This document shows, piece after piece, positions 1-12,057 of a stretch of DNA of 64,000 nt. The position numbers were made by a program, and so were the translations under genes. The stretch is taken from assembly GCF_009914755.1 (NCBI RefSeq), contig NC_060931.1; one strand, 5' to 3'. Below the pieces are notes generated by a model. It was given only the letters and a program-made list of their open reading frames with translations. It was not told the DNA's origin and did not search any database. Position 1 is the stretch's first letter, and every line of letters starts with the position of its first letter. Source of the stretch: the human T2T-CHM13v2.0 reference genome, Homo sapiens.

Positions 1-641
1 CATGATTGAGGGATTAAAGTAGAACAAAGTATTTGATAAAAAGTTGCTCTGTTAGTCAGGAGGGCACACACAGGAATGCTTTGATGGCCATATGTCAATG
101 TGTGAATCTGAATTGGAAGGGACAATTTTTCCTATACATCTGCAAGGCACAGCATTGTCATGGTGTTTTGGTGCAAAGACTCTAGGGGATTCATTATCAG
201 GACTGATATCGTGAACATTTTGTGAGAGCTGCCAGTACAGAAGCACCAGCAGCAATAGCAGTGATGGAGAACCTGGAAGAGACATCATAGGCCATGAGCA
301 TTAGTAATATTAAGAGCAGGTAAAGAAGAGCATCAGGACATCAGGTGAGAGAATGCTCAAAGTACCAGTCAAATTGAGTGTGATGTGTCTGGGAAGCTAC
401 TAAGTGAAGGAGAGTTGTTCTTTATAATGCTGGAAGTATGTCAATAGCATGTAACATCTTAAACCACACAAAGAGGCTCACAGTGCAGCCCCATTTGTGC
501 CCAGTATTGTCTGAATTGATGAAACAGAGTTTTCATGATTAATTCGTACATATTTGCTTGGTTTTCAAAAGATTCTTACAATCACTATCTTGGAAGAGTT
601 AATTTAATAATATGCCCTCAGCCCAGGAGGACTCTTGGTAT

Positions 642-686
642 GATACAGTTACCTGAGATACAGTTAACTGAGATACAGTTACCAGA
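642..686. repeat. 15-bp tandem repeat x3 (GATACAGTTACCTGA) overlapping the left end of a MER53
   Basis: gatacagttacctga / gatacagttaactga / gatacagttaccaga read directly. Confidence 0.9.
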
Positions 687-857
687 TTAGAAAAGAAAAG
701 TGCAGGACACTCATTTAAAACTGAATTTCAGATAAACAGCAATTTTTTTAGTGTAATATTGTTCCAAATAATACCTGGAACATACTTATATGAAAAAATG
801 TTGTTTATTAACAATTTAAATTCAACTGGATGTTCTATCTTTCATCTAGTAACCCTA
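674..857. mobile_element. MER53 hAT-type MITE (palindromic)
   Basis: Matches recalled MER53 consensus: ...caggacac..ttaaaactgaatttcagataaac...catacttata...aaattcaactggatg...tagtaacccta. Confidence 0.8.
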
Positions 858-1752
858 CACTGGACCTGTTGCATCAGTAACCTCCATCTGCCAGGTGGCC
901 ATCACTTCTTATTTCTTTACAAAGGTGGAGGCGTGGTGAGGTTCTGCATCATATAAGATTGCACTTGACTCTGACTCTGCAGCTGCTCTGCTTGCTTCCT
1001 CATTGGTGTCCCCTGCTCCTGGGTGAGGCACTTCACTGTTCATGGCCTTCTGTCTGCGTGGGAGTGGAGCATGTTCCTGATTTGGTTTCTGCAGTCAGCA
1101 CATCATCATCGATTTCCCTCGTGGTCTTCTGTGCTTCTTTCTCTCCCATTTCAATAGAGATTCCTTTCTCTAGTCACCTCTTTTAGAAGAATATACTTTA
1201 GAAAAAACTGTTTTCATTTTGTACCATACAACTATCTCCTTTCCAGGAGTAGGTGTGTAGATGGTATGCAGTAGGTGTGTAGTGATAGGTTGAAGGAACA
1301 TTCAGGCACAATTAATAAAATACTGAGAAGCATTGTTTTCTACAGAAACTATACCCTAGCTCCAAGTTTCCCCACTATGTGGAGCTCCTTCCTTCTTTGT
1401 GATAATTTTTGAGTCAAAGAGTCAACTGCCTTTCTATGAAACACATTCCCATGAGTTATTCCTGATCTCAGGTTCTTCGGATGTTTGTGTAACTATGTCT
1501 GCAGTCCTATTTTGACTGAAATCAAGTTCTCTTCCTTGGGATTTCTGGACCTAAGGGAATAAGAAAATACAGTGAAACATTTGTTTTCCTATTCCTACAT
1601 GAAAATTAAGAAGGCTGTTTTTTTCCTTTTGTTTGTTTCTGGATTTTTGTTTTGTTTTGTGTGGTTGGTTTTGCCTTATTTGATATTATATAGAAGACAC
1701 AGAGAAAGTCAGGCTTGTCTCATCCATCTGTTTTAATTGGGTATTTTGAGTA

Positions 1753-1866
1753 TCAGCCCTAGCCCAGATGAAACACTTTATTGGACTTTCTAGTTAAATG
1801 CTTTCTATCTCAGCCCTAGCACAGATAAAAAATTGTATTGCATTTTCTAGTTAAATACTTTCCATG
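1753..1866. repeat. Diverged 57-bp tandem duplication
   Basis: tcagccctagcccagatgaaa...ttttctagttaaatgctttc repeated at 1753 and 1810 with substitutions. Confidence 0.85.
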
Positions 1867-2034
1867 TAAAGTGGATTTTTTATTCATTTGCATGTATATT
1901 CTTTCATCTTTGAAGAATAAACATATATGAGTTTTATCACTTCTTTTTCAAAGAAGAAAGGATTTATGTTTGGTAATATGTAAGATATGAGAAACATCAA
2001 GACTCAAAGATAAACTTTGCTCTCAGATGTCCGG

Positions 2035-2120
2035 TCACTAATTGTGCTACCCATCTCTGCACTTGAATTTCCTTTTCTGTTAGGTGAGAATAATGAACCC
2101 TGCTGTTGTGGATTTTTTTA
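2035..2120 (+). mobile_element. MIR fragment
   Basis: Degenerate MIR core (tttccttttctgttaggtgagaataatgaaccc...gttgtgga). Confidence 0.45.
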
Positions 2121-2820
2121 ATAGTAGGGTGCTATTACATTCTGGAATTAATCAAGGAGTTACTTAATAAAATATATTCCAGTGTATTATAAGCACCTTT
2201 AGATTTAAAAAGTGAACTTTTTAGTTGAGACTAAGGGATTTTGATCTCATACCGTGACAAGAAGATCTTGCCCATTTCTTTCATATAAAGTGGTTGAAAG
2301 AATTTAATATTCATCTCACCCTTAAATGACTTTGATGCCTGATTTTCAGCAAGCCTTTGAATTTCTCTGTTTTCAAAAATATTGCTTCCAGGGGGCAGAT
2401 TGCCATGGTTTTCTCAAATTAACTTCCAGGCATGCTTATGTAAAGGGAAACTTGGTTAGTAAAATGGACAGGGTTTATTTGTCAGGGGAAATGACTCCAG
2501 AAGAAATGTAGACACAAAAGTGCCACTGTACGGAAATTGAAGAGCTGAGCTCTTACTCTCAGCTTTAACAATAAAATGCTTTGTGACACTCAGAAACCTC
2601 TTTTGACTTTCTGAGACCTCAATTTCTTTAAATCTTGAAACATAACAATAGACTACATTTGTAATTCCCAAAGACAGTTGAACAGAATCATCTTGAGGTT
2701 TTATCTTTTAAGTTAAGATTCCTAGATTCCTCCCCACAATTCATGACTCTGGCCACCCTACCTGGGAAATTTCCTTGTTCCAATGATTGCCTTACAAAAC
2801 AGCAACAGTCAAGGTGCAAT

Positions 2821-3598
2821 TGAAATAGGAGAGTTCCCTGGTCCCCCTCCCAGGATGTGCAACAGTAGTGTAGCTTGGCCCCACTGCTGCTTATAGCAGT
2901 GGGAGCATGCAGACAGGCAGGTGCAGTAGCCGGGTCCAGTGCTTCTGGGCTCTGGCCCCATGGTAGCATCTAGGGTTGCCTGTGACTCCTGAAGCCCAAG
3001 TAGGCACGAGTTACAGTGCTCTCTTTTAGATTCGCCATCTGTGGGTGGTTTAAGTGCTAAACAGCTCAGTGGGCCCTCTGCCTTTTTGCAAGGGCAGAGG
3101 GCCAGTGTGACAGCTTTCTTTATCCCCAGCTCTTGTCTGGCATCCAGGAAAAATCAGGTCATGCACAGACTTAAAGGATGGTGAATACAGAGGTTTTATT
3201 GAGTGGTGGAGGTGGCTTTCAGCGGGATGGATGGTGAGCTAGAAAGGGGATGGAGTGGGAAGATGATCTTCCCTTGGAGTTTGGCCATCCAGCAGCTGAT
3301 CTTCTCTTCAACCCTCCCCAGCCAAACTCCTCTGGATGTTCGGATGTTCCTTCTCCTCTCTCCTTCTCTGCTGCACTTCTGCTTTTCTGTTCATCTTCCC
3401 ATCTGCTCATGGAGCCTGGGGTTTGGGGTTTATATGGGTACAGGATGGGGGAGGAGTGGTAGGCCAAAAGGCAACATTTGGGCAAGAAGACAGGAATTCC
3501 TGTTCCCATTTAGAGCTGTGGGTTTCCAGGCTTGGGGTGGGGCTTTTGCTGGGGAACCACCCTCTTCTACCCAGAATTTCTGTCTCCTGTCCATACCA
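2821..3598 (-). mobile_element. Solo LTR, LTR1-like (ERV1, HUERS-P2 group)
   Basis: TG...CA termini; reverse complement starts tggtatggacaggagacagaaattctgggtagaagagggtggttcccc; 4-bp TSD CAAT at 2817-2820 and 3599-3602. Confidence 0.85.
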
Positions 3599-3690
3599 CA
3601 ATTGGTTTGGTGCCACAAAAAAAAAAAGTGAGTTCATAATATTTGATGTCAAAAATATGAACTGTGTTTAAGTTAAAAATACTGTATACA

Positions 3691-4050
<360 letters not shown>

Positions 4051-5700
4051 TTAATCTAGGTAGATACAATAGATGAAAAAATACATTGTGATGAGCAGAT
4101 CCTGGAAATCTGTAATTTTTATCTGTTCCAGATGGTTCTGAAGATTAGTGATGAAAAGAAATGACTGGGCTCTTTCAGCTCAAATATTTTATTTCATGTA
4201 AGGCTCTGATTGCTATCACTGATCTGTGGTTTCCTTCTATAATAGAGATGGATATTAAATAACTGACTACTCTTAAAATGAAATCATCTTTTATTTGATA
4301 GTCATATATGGTGGTCATCCTGGATTTCAAAAACCGCCTTAACAAACACACAGGAAGGAGGGCTATCTCAAGCAGTCTAATACCCATTGCTCTTTACTAG
4401 GTGGAGCATGTCCTCGTGAACTCACAGTTCTCTTTGTACTAGAGGGAGCCTGTATAGACATGCTGTCAGATCAAGCCTCTATGTTTCAAGCTAGTAGACA
4501 GATAAACTTTGTGTTTAATCCCTCAGTAGAAAGTGCAGTATTCAAGGTTTTATGAGGTGTTCTATTATATCTTTCACCTGAATTTATTTAGCATGTATTG
4601 ATTATTATTTGTTTAGAACTACACACAAAAAACAAAATCATAATCCATTTGTTCCTAAAGCTGAAAAAAAGGAGATATAACAAAAGAAAAAAAGACTGTA
4701 TATCATTATGAGAAAAAAATGAGTAAAATAAGCTATACAGATTTTTGAAGAAGGAAGAAATCAGTGGTGGTTAGAACAATCTAGAAAGTCTGTATGATGA
4801 TAGGAGATATGCTCTGAGTGAGTAGAATTTGGTTATGCTGGAGGCGAAAAACAAAATACAGATGTTGACCTTAAACAAGTACAGGCCAGTCTTTTAATCA
4901 TTGACATCCAAACCCCTGCAAAAAGTTCACCAGGTTCATTACACACCAAAGCATCTTTATTCCATTCCATACATTCCAGATGTTGTATTTTAATTTTGTC
5001 CCTCAATTTTCTATAAGTTATATAGAATCTATATAATATTTTATATATATATATATGTAAGTCATTTTCTTTCGACATAAATTCTTTGATAAAATATTGT
5101 TTGGGTTTGGGATTTTTGTTTTGTTTTGTTTTGCTTCTATGAGCACTTTTAGAGTCTAATGAAGTTTCACACGCTTATTTTCCTAATAACTCTCTGTAAT
5201 CATAATTCCCTCTTTAAAAATATGGAAATGTATATAACAAGTTATTTTTACTTTTTTCCTTGGCCTGCCCTAAAGTTCAGTCACGTTGGCATTATTAGAA
5301 CAGAGCAATTTCTCCATGGGCACTGTTCCTTCTAGTTTTTATCTTCATTTCAAAATAGCGGAATCTGTTTTATTATAAGTTTGAAAGTATGAGTTTTAGG
5401 TAATTGCATATTCTCCTTAAAGATCTACAATTTTCATTCTTTCTCTCAGAACATCTGCTTGTCAAGAGGATTTTTTAAATTCCATTAATTCTACCTAGAT
5501 TAATGTTTCAAATGCTGTAATGTCAGTTTGTCTTAATATATAATATTATTATTTGTATACATAATTTCACTTACACATAATCTGTACTTCTGGCATTAGA
5601 TAAATGTTATGAATTCATACTTCTCTGTATTACCAAACCAGTTATTCTTTGAGTGTGTCCATAACGTAAGGTTATCAGTGGCACATGGAAATGTCTCAGA

Positions 5701-5873
5701 TAGGGTTGCCAGATAAAATACTGGATGTGCACATAAATCTTAATTTTACATAAAAAATTAATGAAATTTTGTGAATTATGCAGATATGAGTCATACTTAA
5801 AATATATTGGTTATTTTTAATTCAAATTTAATTGAATCTTCTCTCTTTATATTTGCCACACTTGGTGACCCAA
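5701..5873. mobile_element. MER53 MITE (second, more diverged copy)
   Basis: Starts tagggttgccagataaaatactggatgtgc, ends cttggtgaccc. Confidence 0.7.
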
Positions 5874-6443
5874 CCGATAAATCATTTCATCAGGCTTCTC
5901 CAAAGTTACCTGTTTTGTGTTTTTCTTCCTTTACTTTTCCATCACTTTCCTCCTTTTTCTCCTTTGCTTAGTCAACACAGACTTTTGTACATACACTCCT
6001 GCTTCTAGTTTCTCAAAAGCCATTCTCATCTGGCATATGTATGTATATATGTCTGAAACTTTTCATACCATTCCCTTATTGTCTGCTCTTAAATCTTCCA
6101 TTGCTTTCTATTTCTCTTGTGATAAAGTCCAAATTTCTCACCTTCACTTTCAGGCTCCTTCTTTACTGATTGCATGTTCCTCTTCAGTTTCATTCTCAAT
6201 AAGTCTCAAAATTAATGTCACACTCCAAATGCCTTGAGAATTAACCATGTATATTGTATATTTTCATCACTTTTCCCAGGTTTCTTCTGTGTCTGCAATA
6301 TCTTCTCTCTTCTCATCTGATTAGCCTGTCAACCTCTGGTACAAATCTTATCTCTTGGATGCTTTCCTATACTTTTTAATATCTTTTGCAGTTACCCTCC
6401 TACTGAACTTATCTGTAACAATTACTTAAACACATGATTATAA

Positions 6444-6735
<292 letters not shown>

Positions 6736-6860
6736 TTGTACTTTATTTTTAAACAATGTTACATTCTTTTTGTCTCCGTCATTAAAATACTATTGTTGTT
6801 GTTGTTTTTAAGATCAAAGACTATGCCACACCTTTTTTTGAGTGCTGGTCAAACAGCGGG

Positions 6861-7200
6861 TGTCTTAATATGGTTTGGCTGCTATAACAAAATACAGTTG
6901 ACCAGATGACTTAATCTGTTTTTTTACAGTTCTGGGGGCTTTGAAGTCCAGGATTTGGTTCCTAATAAAAACCATTTTCCTGGTTTGCAAAGGGCCATCT
7001 TCTTGCTGTATTCTCACTTGACAGAGAGAGAGAGAGAGGTCATCTCTTTTGTTTCTCTTCTTATAAGGGTACTAATCTCATTCATGAGGGCTTGACTTTC
7101 ATGACTTAATTACCTCCCAACCCTCCTCCCTCAATGCCATTACCTTGAGGATTAGGGTTCCAAAGTATAAATTTTGAGAGGACACATTTTGTCCACAGCA
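6861..7200 (-). mobile_element. MLT1A-like MaLR solo LTR
   Basis: tgtctta...ggctgctataacaaaatac...ttataagggtactaatctcattcatgaggg...cacagca; flanks gcggg/gcagg. Confidence 0.8.
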
Positions 7201-8419
7201 GCAGGCATTCAATAAGCATGTCTTCAACTGAATGGAAGATGATAAGGACCTCTTACTCTAAAGTGCATTGATTTCCATTGAGAAGGAAATGATTGAAGTA
7301 GTTTGGGGAAATATGGACCCAATCATACATCTGCTTTGAATATTTGCTGTGCTGGATGAAGTTTCAATTTGTTAACAATCTTAGGGGAGTTTAAGAGGGA
7401 AACCAAGTCATTATGCTTTCATCATGTAGCTTGTACGGAAAAGAACCTATGATGCTCTGAGAGATAGCATTTTTGCTGAGTTCATTTAAGTACTTAGATA
7501 TCTAAAGGCATATTCTCCTTTTCATGATTGCTCATCTTTGTACCATGTCAAGTTTGAATATCTTGGATATGTTTTATCATGGCCATTGAAATAAGTCATT
7601 GCATTATATTTGGCACCAGATCAGTAGATGACAAAGTTTATACTTGATTGAAGGCATGACATTAGGAAAGTGGACATTTCAGGAATCATTCTGAACTTAG
7701 TATGATGACAAATAATAAGACACAGACACCTTTGATCTACTGACGGGGCCCAGACATGGCCTGGTATCGTTGGCTAGTACTATATCTCTAGAGTTTATAT
7801 AAATCAATTTACAGGAACATTATTTATTTTTTTCTCTAAGACTATTTGCTAGAATGAGGTCAGAAAGAAAGATTAATATGACACCTAATACTGCAGCAAG
7901 AAGAAAACCATTTTACAATTAGGGTCAAATCTTAAAGAGGCAGGTGTTTTTGCTTTGCCAGAAAATATTGAATTTACAACTTCTCATTAATAATCCTGAT
8001 CGATCCTATTTAAGAGACCCAGCAGCAGTGCAGCAAAGTGACACAAGAAGAGGCCTTGAGTGTTTGAAGTCCTGGGTTGACAGTTCCCTTCAGAAACTTC
8101 AGTTTTGTCATCTGAGAATTAGAAAATGCCATGGAGTTGTATAGGAATTAAAACTGAAAGTAGGTGAGTAGTGGTGTTTCTCTAATAGGAGCTCCTTAAT
8201 GAGCGGGTGTGTCTGACTCCACACCTTCCCTTGCCTAAGGAACCAAAGTTTAGGTCTATGTAGGAACTTGTACAGTACTTTTATATTTTAATGTTCTTTC
8301 AAGTGTTTTGCTCATGTTCTTTTTTAAAAAATCTGCATATATAGGCAGAGCTTATATTATTCTCCCTATATTTTTTCAGAAAAAGCAACTGAGTCATAGA
8401 ATAATTGTGTGATACCATG

Positions 8420-8577
8420 GAAAGATGACTAAATGGGAATCAGGGAAGTTTGATGAAATTTCCAACTTAGCCACTAACTATGCTATGACCTTGAGCACTC
8501 TAGTACTCTTATATTTAAAGTAAAAATGTTGAACTAGAAGTTCACTGTGTTTTCACATAACTCTGAAAGCCTGTAAT
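8420..8577 (+). mobile_element. MIR/MIR3 fragment
   Basis: ccactaactatgctatgaccttgagc...gttgaactagaag. Confidence 0.5.
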
Positions 8578-9141
8578 GCAGCTTAGTCAGAGGCAAAATT
8601 ATAAACAGAATTTGGGTTTTTCTGGATGTTAAGTGGTATAGCTTTTCTTGCTTGATCATATTGCTTCTTTTGCAGTTATTTGCAGCATTGATCTTTACAT
8701 GAAGAAATCTAAATTTCTTTGCCCTTTAAAATCCAATTTAATTTAAAATTTAAATATATGTGTCTTAGAGTAAATGTTGCTCAACCACCAATGATTTGTT
8801 GTAACTGCATGGGGGACACACATAAATCAAAAATGCATTTAGAGCCCTGTCCAAATTATAAATTCAATAACTTGGTTCAAATTATAAATCAAATGACTAG
8901 TGTGCAACTGTCAATCAATCAAAATAGATTAATAACCTCAACTGAAGTGATTTGATGAACTATAGACGTTATGGAAACTGCAAGATTTCAGCTCTAATTT
9001 GAAGTGCTTTTTACAGTGTTGGCAGAATGCTTCTACCCACTGGAAAATAGGAATAGGGAAATTTATAGAACACATTCCACGGGCTTTACTCTGGCAGTTT
9101 TTTTGGTCTCACAACTGCCCTCTTCAGAATGTAGTCTTATC

Positions 9142-9292
9142 GCCATTATCATCTTACAGATGAGGGACTGAAGATCAGAGAGGTGAAGTAGCTTGCCTCA
9201 TGTCACATGCTGATAGAATACAGAACAGGGGTCAAACCACCTGGGGAGTCTTTCTCCAGATACTGATCTTATAACAGCTACATTAGACTGTT
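9142..9292 (-). mobile_element. MIR
   Basis: ttacagatgagggactgaagatcagagaggtgaagtagcttgcc...gtcaca antisense MIR core. Confidence 0.75.
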
Positions 9293-10639
9293 TCTTATAC
9301 AGTTCCCAGCAGAGAAGGGTGACTCGTCAATAAAATTTCATAGTTAAATTATCTTCAGTTGCAAACCACATCTAATGGTTGTAGAATATAAAGATTCTGA
9401 GAAATCTAAGGCATGTCGTTTTCACCTTTTTTTTTAAATAATAAAAAGGCGCCTTGAATGATTCTTCCTTAAATGAATTATTTTAGCTTATCAGGGCTTT
9501 TCATTCCACTTGTGTGTTTTTCGTCACTTAATAAAACTACAAGCTTGCTAAAGTTAGCAGAATTAGAAGCTTTGATTTTTTGTTTAATTTTTATAATGAG
9601 CTGCCTGAACCACTTATCCTCTACCTGCAGCTTCTTCCTTCTATAGATGCAAGAAATGCCTGGCCATGCTATGGGATTTTGTGAGGGTTATAAACAAAGG
9701 ATTTCATGCCAATAACTCGGTTTTGTTTCCCATAGATAACATACGAGGTTTTAGTAATTGGATTTTATAAATTCATTTCAGATGGGTACCTACTGCAAGA
9801 TAGCTTCTGTGCTAGCTATCTTCACAGGCATTATCTGATCTAAGTTTGAAAACAACACTGAGGAGGTGGTTCTTATTAGCATCAAGACTTCTTAAGTCAT
9901 GAGCTCTATGGAGTTTCTTGGGAAATGTAATGAACACGAATGGCCTGTCTTACAAAAATTTAGATGACTCTATTGACCTGATATTCCAACTTCTGAGAGT
10001 AGAAAAGGTAGAACCTCAAACTCTTACTTCCCAAAGGAAGTATGGTTTCACAAAAACTTACAAAAGTTAAGCCTCTCCACATTGCAGTAACTTTCAGCAT
10101 TCTCCGTAATTCTCCGGCCTGTCAGGATTCTAAGGATCCTAATAACCGCAAGAGGATAGGCTGTGTGCACTGGAGAGATAAGAGAATGAGCTTGAAGCTT
10201 TTGCCTCACACAGTACCCCCTACATTACATTTAGCAGTATGAGTGCTTTTATCGTTGTTTGATAGTAGTAGTAGCAGCAGCTGCAGGAACAGCAGCATCA
10301 GCAGTAGTACTACTAAATCCTTGGGATATGTATTTCTAGCCAATAAGCCATGAACCCTTCAAGGTAGCCTGCACCCCTGAGCTCAGGCTCATCTGCAGCC
10401 AACACTAACCACAGGCAAAATCAAGTAGCTACTGCTTGACAAATAGAGGAAGTTTATCCCTGGTACAACAAGAGACCATGAAACATGATGAAAGTAAAGA
10501 GAATATTGGTTATTATTAATAGTAAAGATTCATAGATGCCTTTACCTGTGGAAGACCTTCCCCAACTCCCTACTGAAGGTCATTACTGTTCTTAATTTAA
10601 TGCTAATAATTTCCTTGATTTTAAAAGTTTTTTTTAGTT

Positions 10640-11115
10640 TTTTTGTTTGTTTGTTTTAATTGTGGCAAATTGAAAATAGCATTAAATTTACCATCTAAAC
10701 TATTTTTAAGTATACAATTCAGTAATGTTATGGACATTCAGATTGTTGTGCAACCAAACTCCAAAACTCTTCTTGTCATGCAAAGCAAATTCTTTACGCA
10801 GTTTCCCCTCTCCTCAGCCCCTGGTAACTACCATTTAATTTTTTGTTTTTTATAAATTTGATTACTCTAACACCTCATATAAATAGAATTATACAGTATT
10901 TTTGTTTTTAAGACTGGCTTATTTCACTTAGTATAGGATTTTCAAGGTTTATATCCATGTTATACTACAGATCAAAATGTTCTTCCTTTTTAAAGCTGAA
11001 TCATATTCTATTTCATGAATATACCCGATTTTGTTTACCCATTCATCTATCAATGAAAACTTGGGTTGCTTCTACATTTTGGCTATTATGAATAATGTCT
11101 CTGTGAACATAGGTA
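10640..11115 (-). mobile_element. L1MB-type 3' end fragment
   Basis: aaatttaccatctaaactatttttaagtatacaattcag...gactggcttatttcacttag...ggctattatgaataatg. Confidence 0.8.
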
Positions 11116-11396
11116 ATAGATAATACCTTCCTTGAATTTATTTTTAATTTTATTGTGAACAAAAATATTTCTATACAGTGTATGATTTACTTTAACTTGT
11201 TATTGCAGAAAATTATATTCCGAGTTGCATCCATGCTTGCCAAGAAAACCTTATTTTCGTTGTTAACTCGAATTGCATTATATAATGCCATCTATTCTAC
11301 TGATGATGCACATTGGATTATTTCATTTATTTTCTTGCTAATATGAACATGCTAATTTGAAAATTCTTCTACTGCATCCTAATGTGTCTTCAACAG

Positions 11397-11484
11397 ACTT
11401 GCTACTCAACAGTGACTAAAGTATTAGAAACATCAGCATCACTTGCTACTCAACAGTGACTAAAATATTAGAAACATCAGCATC
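11397..11484. repeat. 44-bp tandem duplication at MER5A left end
   Basis: acttgctactcaacagtgactaaa(g/a)tattagaaacatcagcatc twice, 1 mismatch. Confidence 0.92.
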
Positions 11485-11600
11485 ACTTTGAGTTTATTTA
11501 AAATTCAGAATACCAGGCCTCATCTGACCTCCAAATCAGAATATTTAATTTGTCAAGAACCCAGTGGAATTTGTAGGCATATTAAGGTTTGAGAAACGCT
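11441..11600 (+). mobile_element. MER5A/MER5A1 hAT-Charlie MITE
   Basis: catcagcatcact...aatcagaat...aaggtttgagaaacgct. Confidence 0.65.
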
Positions 11601-11604
11601 TCTG

Positions 11605-11908
11605 TAGAGCTGTCCTATCCTATGAGGTAGCCACTAGAAATGTATTCTATTGAGCTCTGAAATTGTGGCTATTCTGTATTGCAGTACGCTGTAAGTATAA
11701 ATTACATAATAGATTTCAATGACAATATAAAAATGTAAATTATCTCAATTTTTACATAGCATATCAATATGGTAATCTTTTATAAATATTGGGTTAAAGT
11801 GTTTAATTAAATTAATTTTATCAGTTTATTTTTCCTTTCATAATATTATTGCCAGAAAATTTTTAATTATATATAAGGCTTAGGTTAAAATTCTGTAATA
11901 CAGAGCTG
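11605..11908. mobile_element. MER33 hAT-Charlie element
   Basis: agctgtcc...gtagccactag...gctgtaagtataaattacat...cagagctg, about 300 bp. Confidence 0.7.
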
Positions 11909-12057
11909 CTCACAAATAGCAGGGGTATTCCTGTGCTATAACTTAGGAATATCTTTTATCTAGTCTGGCTCCACTCAACATAATTTGAACTTCATTATTA
12001 TTTTATTTAGTAATGTGTTTAGAGTTTCCACGTTTTCCATTTTATCGCTTACCATAT

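Noticed and set aside
52-288. 78-aa minus ORF with a signal-peptide-like Leu run and faint vomeronasal-receptor-like look
   Set aside because: No further transmembrane helices or family motifs recognisable in adjacent sequence; compatible with a chance ORF
3203-3671. Cluster of overlapping ORFs up to 142 aa
   Set aside because: Lie almost wholly within the LTR1-like solo LTR; GC-rich, stop-poor sequence
11397-11484. Direct repeats as possible CRISPR-like array
   Set aside because: Adjacent two-copy duplications without spacers, in primate DNA with no cas genes
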